Shown here: piece after piece, positions 13,560 to 28,342 of the stretch
How positions within the stretch are numbered: position 1 is the first letter of the stretch
How the letters are laid out: each line of letters starts with the position of its first letter
Origin: Eledone cirrhosa
Taxonomy: Eukaryota
Direction: 5' to 3'
DNA length: 64,000 bases
NCBI GenBank assembly: GCA_964016885.1
Contig: OZ024743.1
Coordinates: 230,206,001 to 230,270,000 of the forward strand
Notes under the pieces: generated by a model
What the model was told of the DNA's origin: nothing
What the model saw: the letters and a program-made list of their open reading frames with translations, nothing else
Databases searched by the model: none
Made by a program: the position numbers and the translations under genes

Positions 13560-15120
13560 TAAAACATTTCCGTATCTTTCCGGTGGACTATACCGTGACG
13601 ATGCCCTCCTCACACTTGAGTATAAAAAATATAACATTGAAAGAATAAGGACGGACCTGCGTAAATTCTTTAAATACTTTAACCTTAGTATTACTATGGA
13701 TAGGAATAATAAAGCAGTTAATTTCTTAGATGTAACACTTGACCTAGAAAATAAGATCTTCACACCTTATCATAAACCTAATGAGAGACTGACGTATGTG
13801 AATGCTAATTCCAACCATCCTCAATCAGTACTAAATGCAATTATTAAAGGCGTATCTAATAGGATTAGCCGTTTATCATATAGCGAGGACGCATTTAATT
13901 CTAATGTTGAATATTATAATGATGCACTAACAAAGTCTGGATATAGGAATAAGTTATATTACGTACCTAGTAGCTCCTAAAACACGCATGCTAGACCAAA
14001 TAGTATATTCACGCACAAAATGTCATTGAAAAATAATAGTAATAGAAATAGAAGTAGGGGTAAGACTCTTATAGTAAATAATTTGGTCGGGTCCATACGG
14101 ACAGCCCTGCTGTGCATGCTCCCCATATTCCTGCTAATAACACTAATAGCGTTATGATGACATCTAGAATCTCAACGCACAGTAGGCCTGTTGATGTGGG
14201 TAGGGACCAAAATAGCGTGGGACATTCACAACAGGTTAATTAAAGCAATAATATTGATGGCAGTAGGAGTAATGGTGGTTCTAACAGTAACCCTTCTCTT
14301 GTGAGGAAAAATAGAAAAATAGAAGAAGACTAAACACATACTTTAACCCACCCTACAACTCGGAAATGCTAACTAACCTTCCCAGAACCTTCTTAATCCT
14401 AGAAAGGAATTTCCCGCCTGGCAGTAGATACCATAGTATAATCAATAAAATTACGATTAAACTATATTACTCCACTACACCAAACCTAGCCTGCCATCTA
14501 GCACGCACTAATAATAAGAAAATTAGAATAGGGTTCGACACCATCAAATCTGTAAGTAGCCACCAACAACCTAACCCATTGGGAAATGAGTTGCCCGATG
14601 GTGGTAACGACACACCAGAAGAACAATTACCGTATCGGGAAAGTATTACCAACCAATCCTCCCGAGACACGAGGAGCAATACACACCGCAACTGTAATTG
14701 TAGACGGAGGGTAAATTGCCCTTTGAACGGCAATTGCCTCATAAGGAATATAGTTTATGCTTGTGACGTTGTAACGGCAACCTCCACCAAAACATATGTG
14801 GGATCTACTTCTACCCCCTTTAAGACTAGATACAACTCCCACAAATATACATTTAGTTACGAAAGGCTTAGGAATACCACCACCCTGGCTAAATATATTT
14901 CCTTCTTAAAAAACGCTAGTATTAATTAGACCCTTAACTGGAGATTGGTAACTAAATCTACGCCCTACTGCCCCCCCCCCCCCCCCAGCAAAACTTGTAA
15001 CCTGTGCCTTCTGTAGTCTCACGCCATAATATACTCTAGATGAAACCTGCTCAATAGGAAATCAGAACTATTTTCTTCTTGCATACACATGAATCTTAGT
15101 TCCTTTTACCACTTTAAGCC
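13560..15120 (+). pseudogene. Decayed PLE (second lineage): RT C-terminus, thumb, GIY-YIG
   Basis: GGLYRDD, FLDVTLDL, YHKPNE..YVNANSNHP, CNC..CPLNGNCL..IVY..YVGSTS; stops and frameshifts. A putative 3' region continues to ~16820. Confidence 0.85.
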
Positions 15121-16849
15121 AATTAGCTAGATCTGCCGGGATATCACACCTCCCTCTTCAGTAGCTCTGTAACACTCTTTCAACTATCCACCTCCTTAAA
15201 TCTATTTCCCTAACCAAATAGTTTCTCTTAATGTTGACCCTCCTCTGTATGCAATATTGTATGCCTATAGGCCATTTGTTCCATTGCACTTGTGTATTGC
15301 TTGACAATCGGATGTTCTGGTTGGCCCGGCCCACTACACGGATGTCTAAGTTCTCACGGGTGACCCCCACCTGACTTACACTTCGTGAGTTCCCTACTGC
15401 CACTACGGTTGGGTAGGATCCCAACCCATCTACCCCCAACTCGAGGGTTGCTGGTGTGTATAGGTACGCCTGGCCACCCTATGGGGCGGGGATTCAAATT
15501 TTAGATAGTTGCGTCTTTGGTCCCTGATGGATAGCGTAGCGTCCCAATAAATATCTCTCCTGGATAATGGATGGTACTCTATCGGGTATAACAGCCCGTA
15601 GCTATTACGCGGGAGGTATCTTACCTAATCGCCCCATTTGGTGTGGTCCCACATACTCCTATGGGAGTATCTAGTTCCATATATAGACCCTTCTTGCTGC
15701 AGGACATACGTACACTGCCCACTCGTCCTACTTAGCAATGGCTATAACTCCTACCTATTGTGGGGATAGACCTATGTATTAAATTAGGGTTCTCTTTAGC
15801 GTAGTACCTATATATAATGCCATCTGTTTGAACCCTACTCAGTATGAACACTTCCCCATAATAGCATTAGTAAAGTCAATTGTGGTCTTATAGACATATG
15901 CTACATTAAACTGGGATTTAATAGCATATGGTATGATCCACTTGACAGCTCTGGAGGGCTAACAATAATATAGCTCCTTAATGGTACGAATCTTATTGAC
16001 ATAGTGTGGTTACTCTCTTGGTGGATGGATTTTCTGTGGCAGTTGGAAATAAATAGTCTCATAGATGACGTGATAGAGTAGTTCCCCTTTCTCTGTCATT
16101 GAAAAGTCATTAATTAGTGACTGACAAGAGTAATACCCAGTATGTGCCTTTTACGTCATAGATTGGTGTGTATATACCTATCGCCATTGGGACGAATTGT
16201 GAAGCGGCTGTGTTTATTTTTTGTGGGGCCGGGTTCCTGGATTATTGCGGGATATGGGAGCTGTCTTGTATGACTAATGTATACCTTTATAAGTACGACC
16301 TCGATTGACAGACATGCTGTTGTGCCTCGTGGAATTAGGGATCTGATCTGAGCACTTTATGTTATTTTCTGTATTTTGTGTTGCTTGTTGATCCACGTTC
16401 TGCGCGCGAGGGGTCGACGGGCCTTTACTGCTGCATATAATCAAGCAATATTTGGACGCGGTTACGCCTGGAATGAGGAGTGGGCCACGTATAATCATAG
16501 GAGGATTTGGAGTTATAACTTGGACATGTAACACATCTCAGTCTGGAGTTTCGAACGTATGAGAATTTGGATGTGTAAAATCAGCTTGTAACACATATTA
16601 CCATATGTGTTGGTATGTATTGGTGAACATATGAATACGGTTGGATTACCATCTACGGACGATTTACATATGTTATGACTTCTCGCAGATTGGGCTATAC
16701 GAAAGCGATTGGATTACCATCTACAGTTGATCCACATGTGTTATGACTTCTCACCAAATATGACTTCTCACTAATAAACCTTTGTTCGTACTGCCTCTCT
16801 GTTTTGTTCCCGTTCAATTTTTCACTATATATATATATATACATATGAA

Positions 16850-16890
<41 letters not shown>

Positions 16891-16930
16891 GAACAAACAG
16901 ATCAGAGCACGGACACTCTATCTCAATATT

Positions 16931-16969
16931 ATTTTTGAAAAGCATTTAGAAATGCGCAACCGGTAAAAA
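16931..16969 (+). ncRNA. Degenerate U3-A8 hammerhead-like motif
   Basis: ttt TTGAAAA gcatt taga aatgc GCAA ccgg TA aaa; GAAA is mutated to GCAA. Confidence 0.45.
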
Positions 16970-17086
16970 CTTAAAAATTTAAAACCACAACTGAATACTA
17001 ACCCATACAATCACTAATACTCTTTTATTCCTAATTAAACCATTTTTCAACTGTGAACAATTTGTCAGCATTTTCTGTTCCGTTTA

Positions 17087-17167
<81 letters not shown>

Positions 17168-17179
17168 GTATATATATAC

Positions 17180-17218
<39 letters not shown>

Positions 17219-17227
17219 TATTTATAT

Positions 17228-17304
<77 letters not shown>

Positions 17305-17305
17305 C

Positions 17306-17349
<44 letters not shown>

Positions 17350-17781
17350 CAAAACGAAACGTCACAACCTAGCGACCAACCCAAATGATGCGCAATGAAA
17401 ATGAAGACAGACGATATAGTCTAGGAAGATCGGAACCCTTTAGAAAGAAAACTGGTTTGAAACCAACACACGTATCTGAGAAACTTGCGAATCCAGAGAC
17501 AGTTTCGATCTACAAACAGATCGCACCCCGAGCTGTTCGCCGGGGAAACAATTGTAATACGCAATAAATTGAGTTCCGATGCATCACTGATTCTTCGCTT
17601 TCTATTTTATAATACTCTGCTCCGTAGGAGTATAGAGTCCTAAACCGGCATACCGCCTATAGACGCATCTTTGCTACCATAAGACACACACATATATATA
17701 TATATATATATAAGCAAAGGAAAAACTTGAACCGTTAAGATCTCATTCCTGGATATGTCAATATTTATAAAACAAAGTTTG

Positions 17782-17842
17782 TATTTTATCTGATGAGGTC
17801 GTACCAAAGTTTTGGTACCCTTGAAATATATGTAATAGAATA
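17782..17842 (+). ncRNA. Type I hammerhead ribozyme (decayed homolog at 29891-29954)
   Basis: tattttat CTGATGA ..gtaccaa/ttggtac.. GAAA tatatg TA atagaata; 8-bp stem I. Confidence 0.65.
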
Positions 17843-18306
17843 AATATGGTTTTATAAATATAGTTTGCGTTTATTAGTATCATTGTATATATATATATAT
17901 ATATAAGAAAGTTATATTATCCGACTCACTCAAATACTAACCTAAAAACAGGCATTTCACATATTAGAAAGTTTTATAAAACACCAACAAACCAATATGC
18001 ACACATCAACGGCATAAAATAGTAAGGAGCAAAATATATAATAGGTTCATAAACGCTAAATTTATCTGATCCCCATTTTTCCATTTCAATAGTTTTAAAG
18101 AGAAATCTTACATTTAATTATATGAATATATATGACAAATTATAAGTAGTGTATGACAAATGCCGAATTAGACATGGCCTCAAGAATATATCAATGTGCG
18201 TATTTTATTCATGACCTGATATTAGCAACAACAAAAAAAATGGATTAATATAATTCCGCACGGAAAGTAGGTCAGTGATATATACATATATATGAGTGTG
18301 TGTGTT

Positions 18307-18338
<32 letters not shown>

Positions 18339-18340
18339 CG

Positions 18341-18374
<34 letters not shown>

Positions 18375-18376
18375 CG

Positions 18377-18410
<34 letters not shown>

Positions 18411-18412
18411 CG

Positions 18413-18447
<35 letters not shown>

Positions 18448-18461
18448 TCATATATACATAC

Positions 18462-18509
<48 letters not shown>

Positions 18510-19222
18510 ATATACATATATATATACCTACATACATACACACACATATATATTACTCTAATACTCAATAATGTGTTCCAGCCGACATTTGGAGGTAAAG
18601 CTAGGGAACAGCTATATATATATATATATATATGTGGAGAGTGAGAGATAGAGAGAGGGGTGGTAGACCGACAGCCAGACGAACAGAGAGATAAAGAATG
18701 GCTTCTGAATAGATAGAAAGAATAGTCTATAAAGTGTGAGATAAATACTAGTGGTAATTTGGGCGTGTATGTGTAGTATGTTTTTTGTGTACCCGATCAC
18801 GCTTGAGTTCTTATGTTCATGCTTAGCTGTGTAATGTCGCATAACAGACACCTGCATGGGTACAAAAGCAAAGGAAACAACCTCCACATTTCTACCCTGA
18901 AGGATCTTCAGAGGTATTATTTCCTCTACGTTGATTTCTTCTGCCAAGTTGCATAACAGAGACCAGCAAACACACTCACAAAAGCGTACACGGAAGCTTG
19001 CAAATGTATATATGTGTCTGTTTGTGTGCGTGCGCGCGCGCATGTGTCTGTGTATGTGTGTGTGTGCATCTGAATGTATGAATATGTATGCATATATATG
19101 AATATGTATATGCTTACACACACACACAAGTATATATATATATATATATAAAGAAAAAGAGATGAAATCGAAAATGCAACTGAAGTCTTATTTTTTTTAA
19201 AAATATATATATTTATTTGGTT

Positions 19223-19260
19223 CCTTTACCGGTTTCGCAGTTCTTCTGCTTTTCAAAAGG
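19223..19260 (-). ncRNA. Minimal hammerhead, U3-A8 core variant
   Basis: Minus strand: cctt TTGAAAA gcag aagaa ctgc GAAA ccgg TA aagg; stems I and II are perfect and stem III is palindromic. Confidence 0.75.
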
Positions 19261-19300
19261 TGAGTTGAGATGGAGGGTCTGTGGTTTTTCTCACATCTCA

Positions 19301-19373
<73 letters not shown>

Positions 19374-19479
19374 AAGTATATATCCCTACACGCAAAAAGC
19401 GTCCAGGGACACATGTATTGTCCAACCATATGCCAATGGCAGGTTAATAAATTAACGAGCCAGAACAAATATAATCTGA

Positions 19480-19517
<38 letters not shown>

Positions 19518-19519
<2 letters not shown>

Positions 19520-20870
19520 ACCTGTTCGTTCACTACAAGTCCGCTCTCTCTAACAGTGCCAAAAGAGGATACATCACGAACGAGATCGCGCGAATCAAAA
19601 ACAGATGCGACGATCCCGCGAGTGGTGTCACTCATATCAAGCGATTCCTCGAGGTGCTGGAGACGAAAGGGTACCCTACCTCGCTCACAGACAGAATAGG
19701 AGACACCAGACACAAGAGACAGAGAGGCACCCAAGGCAAGTGCTTCCATAAAATGCCACACCTGGGCGAGAATACCACCAACGCTATCCGCAAGGCTATA
19801 CGGAGGGAGGGCCTCGACATCCACCTGGCCCACTCGGGCCCCTCCCTGCGAAGATGCCTCTCCAGGAAACCCGGGAAATCTACTGACGCATGCTCACTTG
19901 GAGACTGCCCGATACGCCATGCGAACTGATGCCTACGCACATACGTCGTGTATAAGATAGAATGTGACAGGTGCAACCAATACTACATAGGTAGCACAAT
20001 CCGACCTTTGCACATCCGGATCAAGCAACACACTAAAACCAGGGCCTCGTCTTTCCGGAAACACATAGACTAATGCGGAAACAAAGACGGAAAGCCCATT
20101 GTCACAATTCTATCGACTGAAAGAAACGTCGGCACGTTACGTATCAAGGAAGCGCTATTTATCAAATGCCTGCAACCGCAAATAAACAATCGATCCGAGA
20201 GAAGCGAAATGAGATGGCTGGTTTAAGTTAACAAACGATGCAGTAACACACGCACACACGCACACACGCACACACGCACACACAAACGAGACAACTACAC
20301 ACGCACATGCACACACACACAGTAGCATTCCACCATACGAACATACTACACTGCCAATACAGAGGAACAAGGCAACAACACACGCACACACACTCAAGCG
20401 AGACAACAACACACGCACACACACACAGTAACATTTAACAAACATGCAGAGAATGGACTGACAGCTAGCGCCACCCACTCCCTCATTCGGCCGTTGACCT
20501 CTACCCGACCGACTCCATTTCACTCGCACGCGCGCTCTGCTGAATACCTCAGATATTCAAAACAACAAACAGCGGAGGACGCGTTTCGCACCTTTCCGAC
20601 AGACAACCTTTCCCCCACCCCGGAAAAAACCCACAGTTGATGGATGTGAATCCGAAATATATAGGGACAATTAAATCTCTCCCAAGGTAACTCGCTCTCG
20701 TGTTGTTATTTTTATTTTATCCTTTATACTCTTTCCTTCTTTCTTCTACACGTCTTACACACACCACGCATCTCAACGTACACCCACTTACATCTCTCTC
20801 TCCACCACCGGATCTTGTTACCAGGAGATTTACCCATTTGCATTGTCGACGCTTCCAAAGGACTTAAAGA
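19518..20870 (+). pseudogene. 5'-truncated PLE (third lineage): GIY-YIG end, 3' UTR and decayed hammerhead (~20630-20667)
   Basis: CSLGDCP..VVYKIECDRCNQYYIGSTIRPLHIRIKQH with stops; ccc a CAGTTGA t ggat gtga atcc GAAA tata TA ggg; (TA)n flanks. Confidence 0.8.
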
Positions 20871-20875
20871 TATTT

Positions 20876-20938
<63 letters not shown>

Positions 20939-22139
20939 AATAAGGGCGCTGCGGAGTTGCAAATGGGTTACATATGAAAAAAGTTTGTCCTTCATCAGTG
21001 ATCTTCCAACTATCATAGGCATTTCATATATATATATATATATATGTATGTTTGTATATATGAGGATGTATATATAAGGATATGTCAGATCACCAGTTGG
21101 TGCTACTGGTAACATGTATCCCAGTGCAACCTGTCTCATGGTCGGGTCGTTCGCGACTAAACTGGCAACCCCACCAAGGTTTCTTTGTGAGGAGGGTGAC
21201 TTTGGACATCCTGCAGGACTAAAAACAAAACCTGTCAAAGGGCAAAGGAGCTCTTAAGAATCAATGGCCATCCCAAATCACAGGAGAGGTAACCCCTTAG
21301 CCTTTGTCAAGGCAGAATTCTAGGAGAAGGAAAACTCTGATATTACACCTGCAACCCTGATGGTATCCAATGATGTTGACTTGGTAAATATCATCTTGGT
21401 TAAGAGAGTGGGACTGGCTTTATGCCGTGCCTTTGCTCACTATAAAAGCTTCACGGCACAGGCATTGCTTTATATCTGGAGATCTCTCTGCACGTGTCGT
21501 CACATAGTAACATGGGCCCAGCACTATGTGTCAATAATTGTCACAAGTGTAGTGTTTGTACCAGAGTTTTCAAGTTGCTGGCTGGACTAAAAAGTCACAC
21601 TCGTTCAGCGCATCGGTAGGGGTTCTCCTACATGGATATAAAGTAGTGGCCGTACTCGAAAACGAGTTGGCAGCCACCATATATAAAGCAAATTATATTT
21701 TTTTGAGAAAAGAGGGCCATAATCTTCGTGCTTAACGACCATGAACCAGCGAATTTCTCCACAAACCTACCTTGCCTGTGCATATCGTTTCACCGGTGTG
21801 ACATTTATGTCCTAGAGTAAGTGTTTGTATAAGAGTTCCGAAAAGTTCCTACCTACATTACTTCTAAATTTAAGTGAGAAGGGTGGGCAGAACCAAATTA
21901 TTTATTTATTTCTATTCCCTTTTCTACGGCTGGTGTGATTAGGAGAGGAGTAAGAAATTTTACCCGTGAAGTCCCATGGTAAGGTACCGCTCTGTCAATG
22001 CTAGTCCTTGTTAGAAGGAAGATTAGATATCTTAGTACTGATGTTTTTAACGAAGATTTTTAAAGACCGTAGGTGGGTGACATGAATCCTTGTGTATATA
22101 AGATAACTTGTCATTAAATTCTAACTCATAAATACAGAC

Positions 22140-22620
22140 CTATCGTCAATAGATACTGGGTGAAACTTGGATATTCCTGTGATAAAAATATGAAAGCCAG
22201 CATCAACAATGTCCCCAAGAATTGTCCCCCATTCCGATGCTCTTGTAAAAGGCCAAAAGCATGCCCTCTTCAACAACATTGTAACATAACCGCGATCGTC
22301 TATGAGGCTGAGGTTACATCCACTCAGCCGAATCAACAGCAGGTGGTCAAAACATATGTAGGTTTGTCGGATGGCCGGTATAAAGATTGCTTCCTTAACC
22401 CTCGAATTACCGTTAGACATTCTGATAAGTGATTATCCACGAAGCTGACTAGCAACATATAGTCAATCAACGATGCAGACGTTAATTTCTCCATTCAATG
22501 GAAGTTTCTTGCGAAAATCCAGGCTAAACGGAAATGGAACAATGCCACGTAAGCTGTGTATTGATGAAAGAGTGAATATGTTGCAGACGTTACGTAAAAA
22601 ATACTTGCCTGAAGAGGAAG
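22140..22620 (+). pseudogene. Decayed PLE GIY-YIG fragment
   Basis: KLGYSC..N, CSCKRPKACPL..C..IVYEA..YVGLS. Confidence 0.7.
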
Positions 22621-22967
22621 ACCGATTTTAATCGCTGACCCCATGCTGTTAATTACCTGTTACGTAACAGGAAAGACCCGGTATAAACCATATCCGGAAT
22701 GAACTAAATAAAACGAAAATTGTCTCCCCCGCATCAGTATAATTTGAATTGTCTCCCTTTTCTGCAAACTATCGCCGTCCCTCGTGCAGAATCCACTCAA
22801 CTCATATAAACTTCCATATACAGTTTGAAAATCCCTTCGGTGAAACGTGCATCCTCGACTGTGGTTTGCTAATTTGTTATAAAATAACTCTTTACGGAAC
22901 TCGTCCCTTGCACTGATTACTCGCCTCACTACATATATAACCTCCCGGATTTTCCAACTATATATAA

Positions 22968-23039
<72 letters not shown>

Positions 23040-23604
23040 TATGTTTGTCTCTAATCCTTTGACAGTCATTGAACGGATAAAATATACACACTCAGAGAAG
23101 TAATTTAATATCACAATTTAACTAACATTTCTGAGTACAAAATTATATCTATATATTTTATATTAAGATGCCTAACAATTAGAGACAGATAACCGTTGAC
23201 TAGATATTAGCAACTTCGTCATTGTAGGGTTGTTTCAGACAGTTTTTGCTGCTATTTCTAGCGTCATTTTCAGCCCGTCGTATTCTCCTAATATATTTGG
23301 TTAGATTTCTTCATTTAGTCGGTGAACAAAGCAACGTTTTGGACACCAGGCCGTTTTCGACAATGAAATTATCTGTATACTTCATGATCACAATATCCTC
23401 TTGTTCCTCTCCCCTCACGAAAGAAAAACATTCTTCCAGTATTGTTTGTTCCAATGATTTTAAATAATCAATATCGTTTCCTTTACGCGTGAAACCATGG
23501 TAGGTAGACTATCATATGAGTTAAACTAACTCATTTTAAGCGGTCTGACTTATAGCCCCCTAAATTTATATTTTTGCATAAATGTCATACGTGATAGATG
23601 CACA

Positions 23605-23638
<34 letters not shown>

Positions 23639-23644
23639 ACACAC

Positions 23645-23726
<82 letters not shown>

Positions 23727-23763
23727 GTATATACATATATACACACACACATATATATATATT

Positions 23764-24203
23764 GTGAAGGCGTGTAGCTGAGTGGTTAGAGAATTGGATT
23801 CGCATTCGTGAGGTTGTGAGTTCAATTCCTGGACCGGGCGATGCGTTATGTCCTTGAGCAAGACACTTTATTTCACGTTGCTCCTTCTACCTGGAGTTTC
23901 GACCGATAGATAGTATTAGCAATTGGAAAGGCCAACGGAAACATTGTTTCCTCGGTCCGATTTGACGAAATTCGATCGTTAAAGGATATATATATATATA
24001 GTCGATCGACTCTCGTCAAATCGGACCGAGGAATCAATGTTTCCGTTGGTCTTTCCAATTGCTAATATCAGTCGCAACTCCAGCTAGAAGGAGCAACGTG
24101 AAATAAAGTGTCCTGCTGGAAGGACATAACGCATCGCCTGGTCCAGGAATCAAATTTACAACCTCACGATTCTGAATCAAATTCTTTTGCCACTCAGCCA
24201 CAC
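23764..24203. mobile_element. Two tRNA-derived SINE copies, tail-to-tail around (TA)n
   Basis: A box tagctgagtggt, B box gttcaattcc and CORE-like gtccttgagcaagacactt; 24002-24203 is the reverse complement. Confidence 0.7.
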
Positions 24204-24647
24204 TGAAATAACTTTGATAACTTTGATAGGTTTCGGTCAGTATTGGCCCAGGCCATGTCTAACTTAATAGCATCTCATATAGATATATATGTAAGGAAAA
24301 GAAATTGAAAATACAACTGCAGATTTTAAGAATATTTATTTATTTACTTTGCCGTTTTCACAGTTATTGTGCTTTTCAAAAGTAAAAGTAAAATTGAGAT
24401 GAAGGGTTTGTGTTGCTGTTGTCGTTTGTCTCATATATGCATTTATTTTGTTTGGCCCGTTTAGCTTGCTTCGTTTTTTTGGCTTAGGTGGTTGATAGCT
24501 TCTTAACCGCCGTCTCAGTTTGCATGGCATTTATAACATATGTTTATTGTTCTGGCCTCTTTTGGTCCATGGAGCGCTTGCCAACATAAATCGGAAATTG
24601 CGTTTCGCTTATTTCTACCCGCCGAAATACGATTCTCGCAGAATGTG

Positions 24648-24683
<36 letters not shown>

Positions 24684-24771
24684 TACACACACACACATAT
24701 ATATATATTATAAATAAATAAGAATATTTTTCGAAACAGCGAGCGAGTTTGAAGTTATGATAAATGTAAGC

Positions 24772-24982
24772 TATCGCCGTATTTTGACTAAAGAAATTAA
24801 AGAAATTATTAAGCCTGATAGTGGGGTTACGAACCCTCGGAGAAATGGAAAAAGATGAGTATTGACGTACATGTACGTACATGTACGTTAATACTCATCC
24901 TTTTCCATTTCTCCGAGGGTTCTTAACCCCACTATCAGGGTAAATGATTTCTTTAATTTCTTTAGTCAAAATACGGCGATAG
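24772..24982. repeat. ~95-bp inverted repeat around palindromic gtacatgtac; single arm also at ~34120-34217
   Basis: Direct reverse complementarity. Confidence 0.85.
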
Positions 24983-25011
24983 TTTACATTCATAATAATA
25001 TATAATTCTGG

Positions 25012-26268
<1,257 letters not shown>

Positions 26269-26269
26269 G

Positions 26270-26452
26270 TGCGGTGGATTGGCAGTATCGGTAGAGAGTC
26301 GGGCGCCATGCTTTCCAGCATAGTTACGTCCCTTTACGGTCTGAGTTCAATTCCCGTGGAGGTTAACTTTGCTTTTCATCCTTACGGGGTCGATAAAGTA
26401 AAGTACCAGTAATGTACTGGTTAATTGCTGGCCTTGTGCCAAAAGTAGAAAC

Positions 26453-26457
<5 letters not shown>
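26270..26457 (+). mobile_element. tRNA-derived SINE with Nin-like domain (copies at ~44500-44690 + and ~46770-46902 -)
   Basis: A box tggcagtatcgg, B box gagttcaattccc and gcttttcatccttacggggtcgataaa..agtaccag; three copies in the window. Confidence 0.75.
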
Positions 26458-26504
<47 letters not shown>

Positions 26505-27511
26505 CATCATCATCATTCGTCGACTACTGTCGAGATGATGGATCTCACTCCCCTACCCCAGAATTCCCTGTCCCCCATCGCGCCCCCAGGTCCTGTCTAC
26601 TGATTCCCGTATCCCTAGAGATAACGTCAGGGAATGACAGCTTCCTACTCCTAGTCAGGCTGGAGTCAGGGTTCCAGACCAAGAGAGCGGATATGATTTC
26701 ATTATATATATATATATTATATATATATACAATATCAACATATTTAAGACCATATGCTATCTTCTGATACTTTTCATATCTTCAATAATAGATATTGTTT
26801 TCAAATTAGTAAGTTGTCTGAACAATATCTTATAGCGGAGATACATCGTAGTGGTTCCAAAATGATGCGTTAGATTTTCCCACATGTTAACCTTCATTTG
26901 ACATTTTATTCATGAATATCTTACATTGTAAGATGATAAAGAATGATTTCTTGTATCGCTAGCTTTTTTTTTTTTTTTATTCTTTGCAAACATCTTGATC
27001 ATATTTATCCCATGGACATCCCATATTTTAAGATGAGACGGGAAGTTTTCAGGGACGTTTGATGGCTATTTTTAGCAGAGGTTAAGGCTAGGTGTATGAT
27101 CCTTCATTAGAATAAATAGTGTGTAAAATAAAGTAGTTTTCCAATTACATGGTCATCTACATCGGTACTAGATGTTAAATGTCAAATGCGGAAATTAACA
27201 AACCTGTATTATTTCTTAAGATAACATACACAAGTGGTTTATATAGAGGTAAAATAGACGTTTAAATAGTGACACATTCTTTCGTTGACAAGCTAATTAA
27301 ATTGTCGAATTTAATTATTTGTAATGTTAACGTCTATATAAATTGCTAATTATGCTTACGCACGCAGTTGCGCAAATTCAAACACATACTCACACACACA
27401 TAGATATTTAGAGGTCTACATACATGCATATATACATATACATATATATATGCATAAATACATACATACACACAGATATATATATTTATATATATGTAAA
27501 AATATATAATC

Positions 27512-27558
<47 letters not shown>

Positions 27559-27750
27559 GTATAGGATTATCCTAGACGTAGTAATGGTTAATTACTACAC
27601 TGGATATGGTTGACGTACGGTGAGAGTTTACTCAACGAGTTATGGAAGAATTCTTGAAGAAACTTAGTTCCTGATCCTTCTGTATTCCGGAGTGTAGATA
27701 AAGAATGAATAATAACAGGTAGACATCATAAAAAGGTAATTTATTCCGTG

Positions 27751-27862
27751 TGCTTACATATGTTTCTACGGTGGTAATACAGCCTAGTTATGCTATGTGC
27801 AAATTTACAACTATTTGCAGAACTCAAATATCAAATGCTGTGACCATTGTATCATCAGAGCA
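27751..27862 (-). ncRNA. Type I hammerhead with ~85-nt extended stem II in a PLE 3' UTR
   Basis: Minus strand: tgct CTGATGA tac..ggt...acc..gta GAAA catatg TA agca. Confidence 0.7.
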
Positions 27863-28342
27863 GAATGAGTAAATGTACAATGTAAATACCCTTAAGTGAG
27901 GTTATTGGAGAATATAGAGTAGAAAAGGAAGAGAGAAAAGTAGGGGAGAGGGAGAGATAGAGAGAAAGATATGCAGGGGTTGGAGAAATAGGAGAGAGTG
28001 CTTTGTAGATATCTTAATCAAAATGTTATGGTAGGGGTTGTATTATACTGGTTACGTTGATAGTCAAGGTTGGAATTATTTATTGCCCCAGAGGGCAGGT
28101 TCATAGATGTGGAGAGGGAGGGAGGTAGGCCAAAGGCGAGAGAGAGAGTGGACTGGATATAGAGGGAGAGATAGAGAGGGGACAGACGAAGTCTATGGGG
28201 TGGGTGAACGTTGGGTTCGTAGTAGTAATCTGCGAATTGCACTGATTTACCATTTATAGTGATAAGCAGGGTATTGTCTTGTAGTGTGGGGGAAGAGAAG
28301 GTGGTTAGCTAGAAAGCGATGTTATAGTTACGGGTTCGAATG

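Noticed and set aside
23768-23838. tRNA gene
   Set aside because: It is followed by SINE body sequence and duplicated in decayed form; a SINE head.
24810-24850. Hammerhead in CTGATAG..GAGAAA
   Set aside because: The core is non-canonical and stems I and III cannot be formed.
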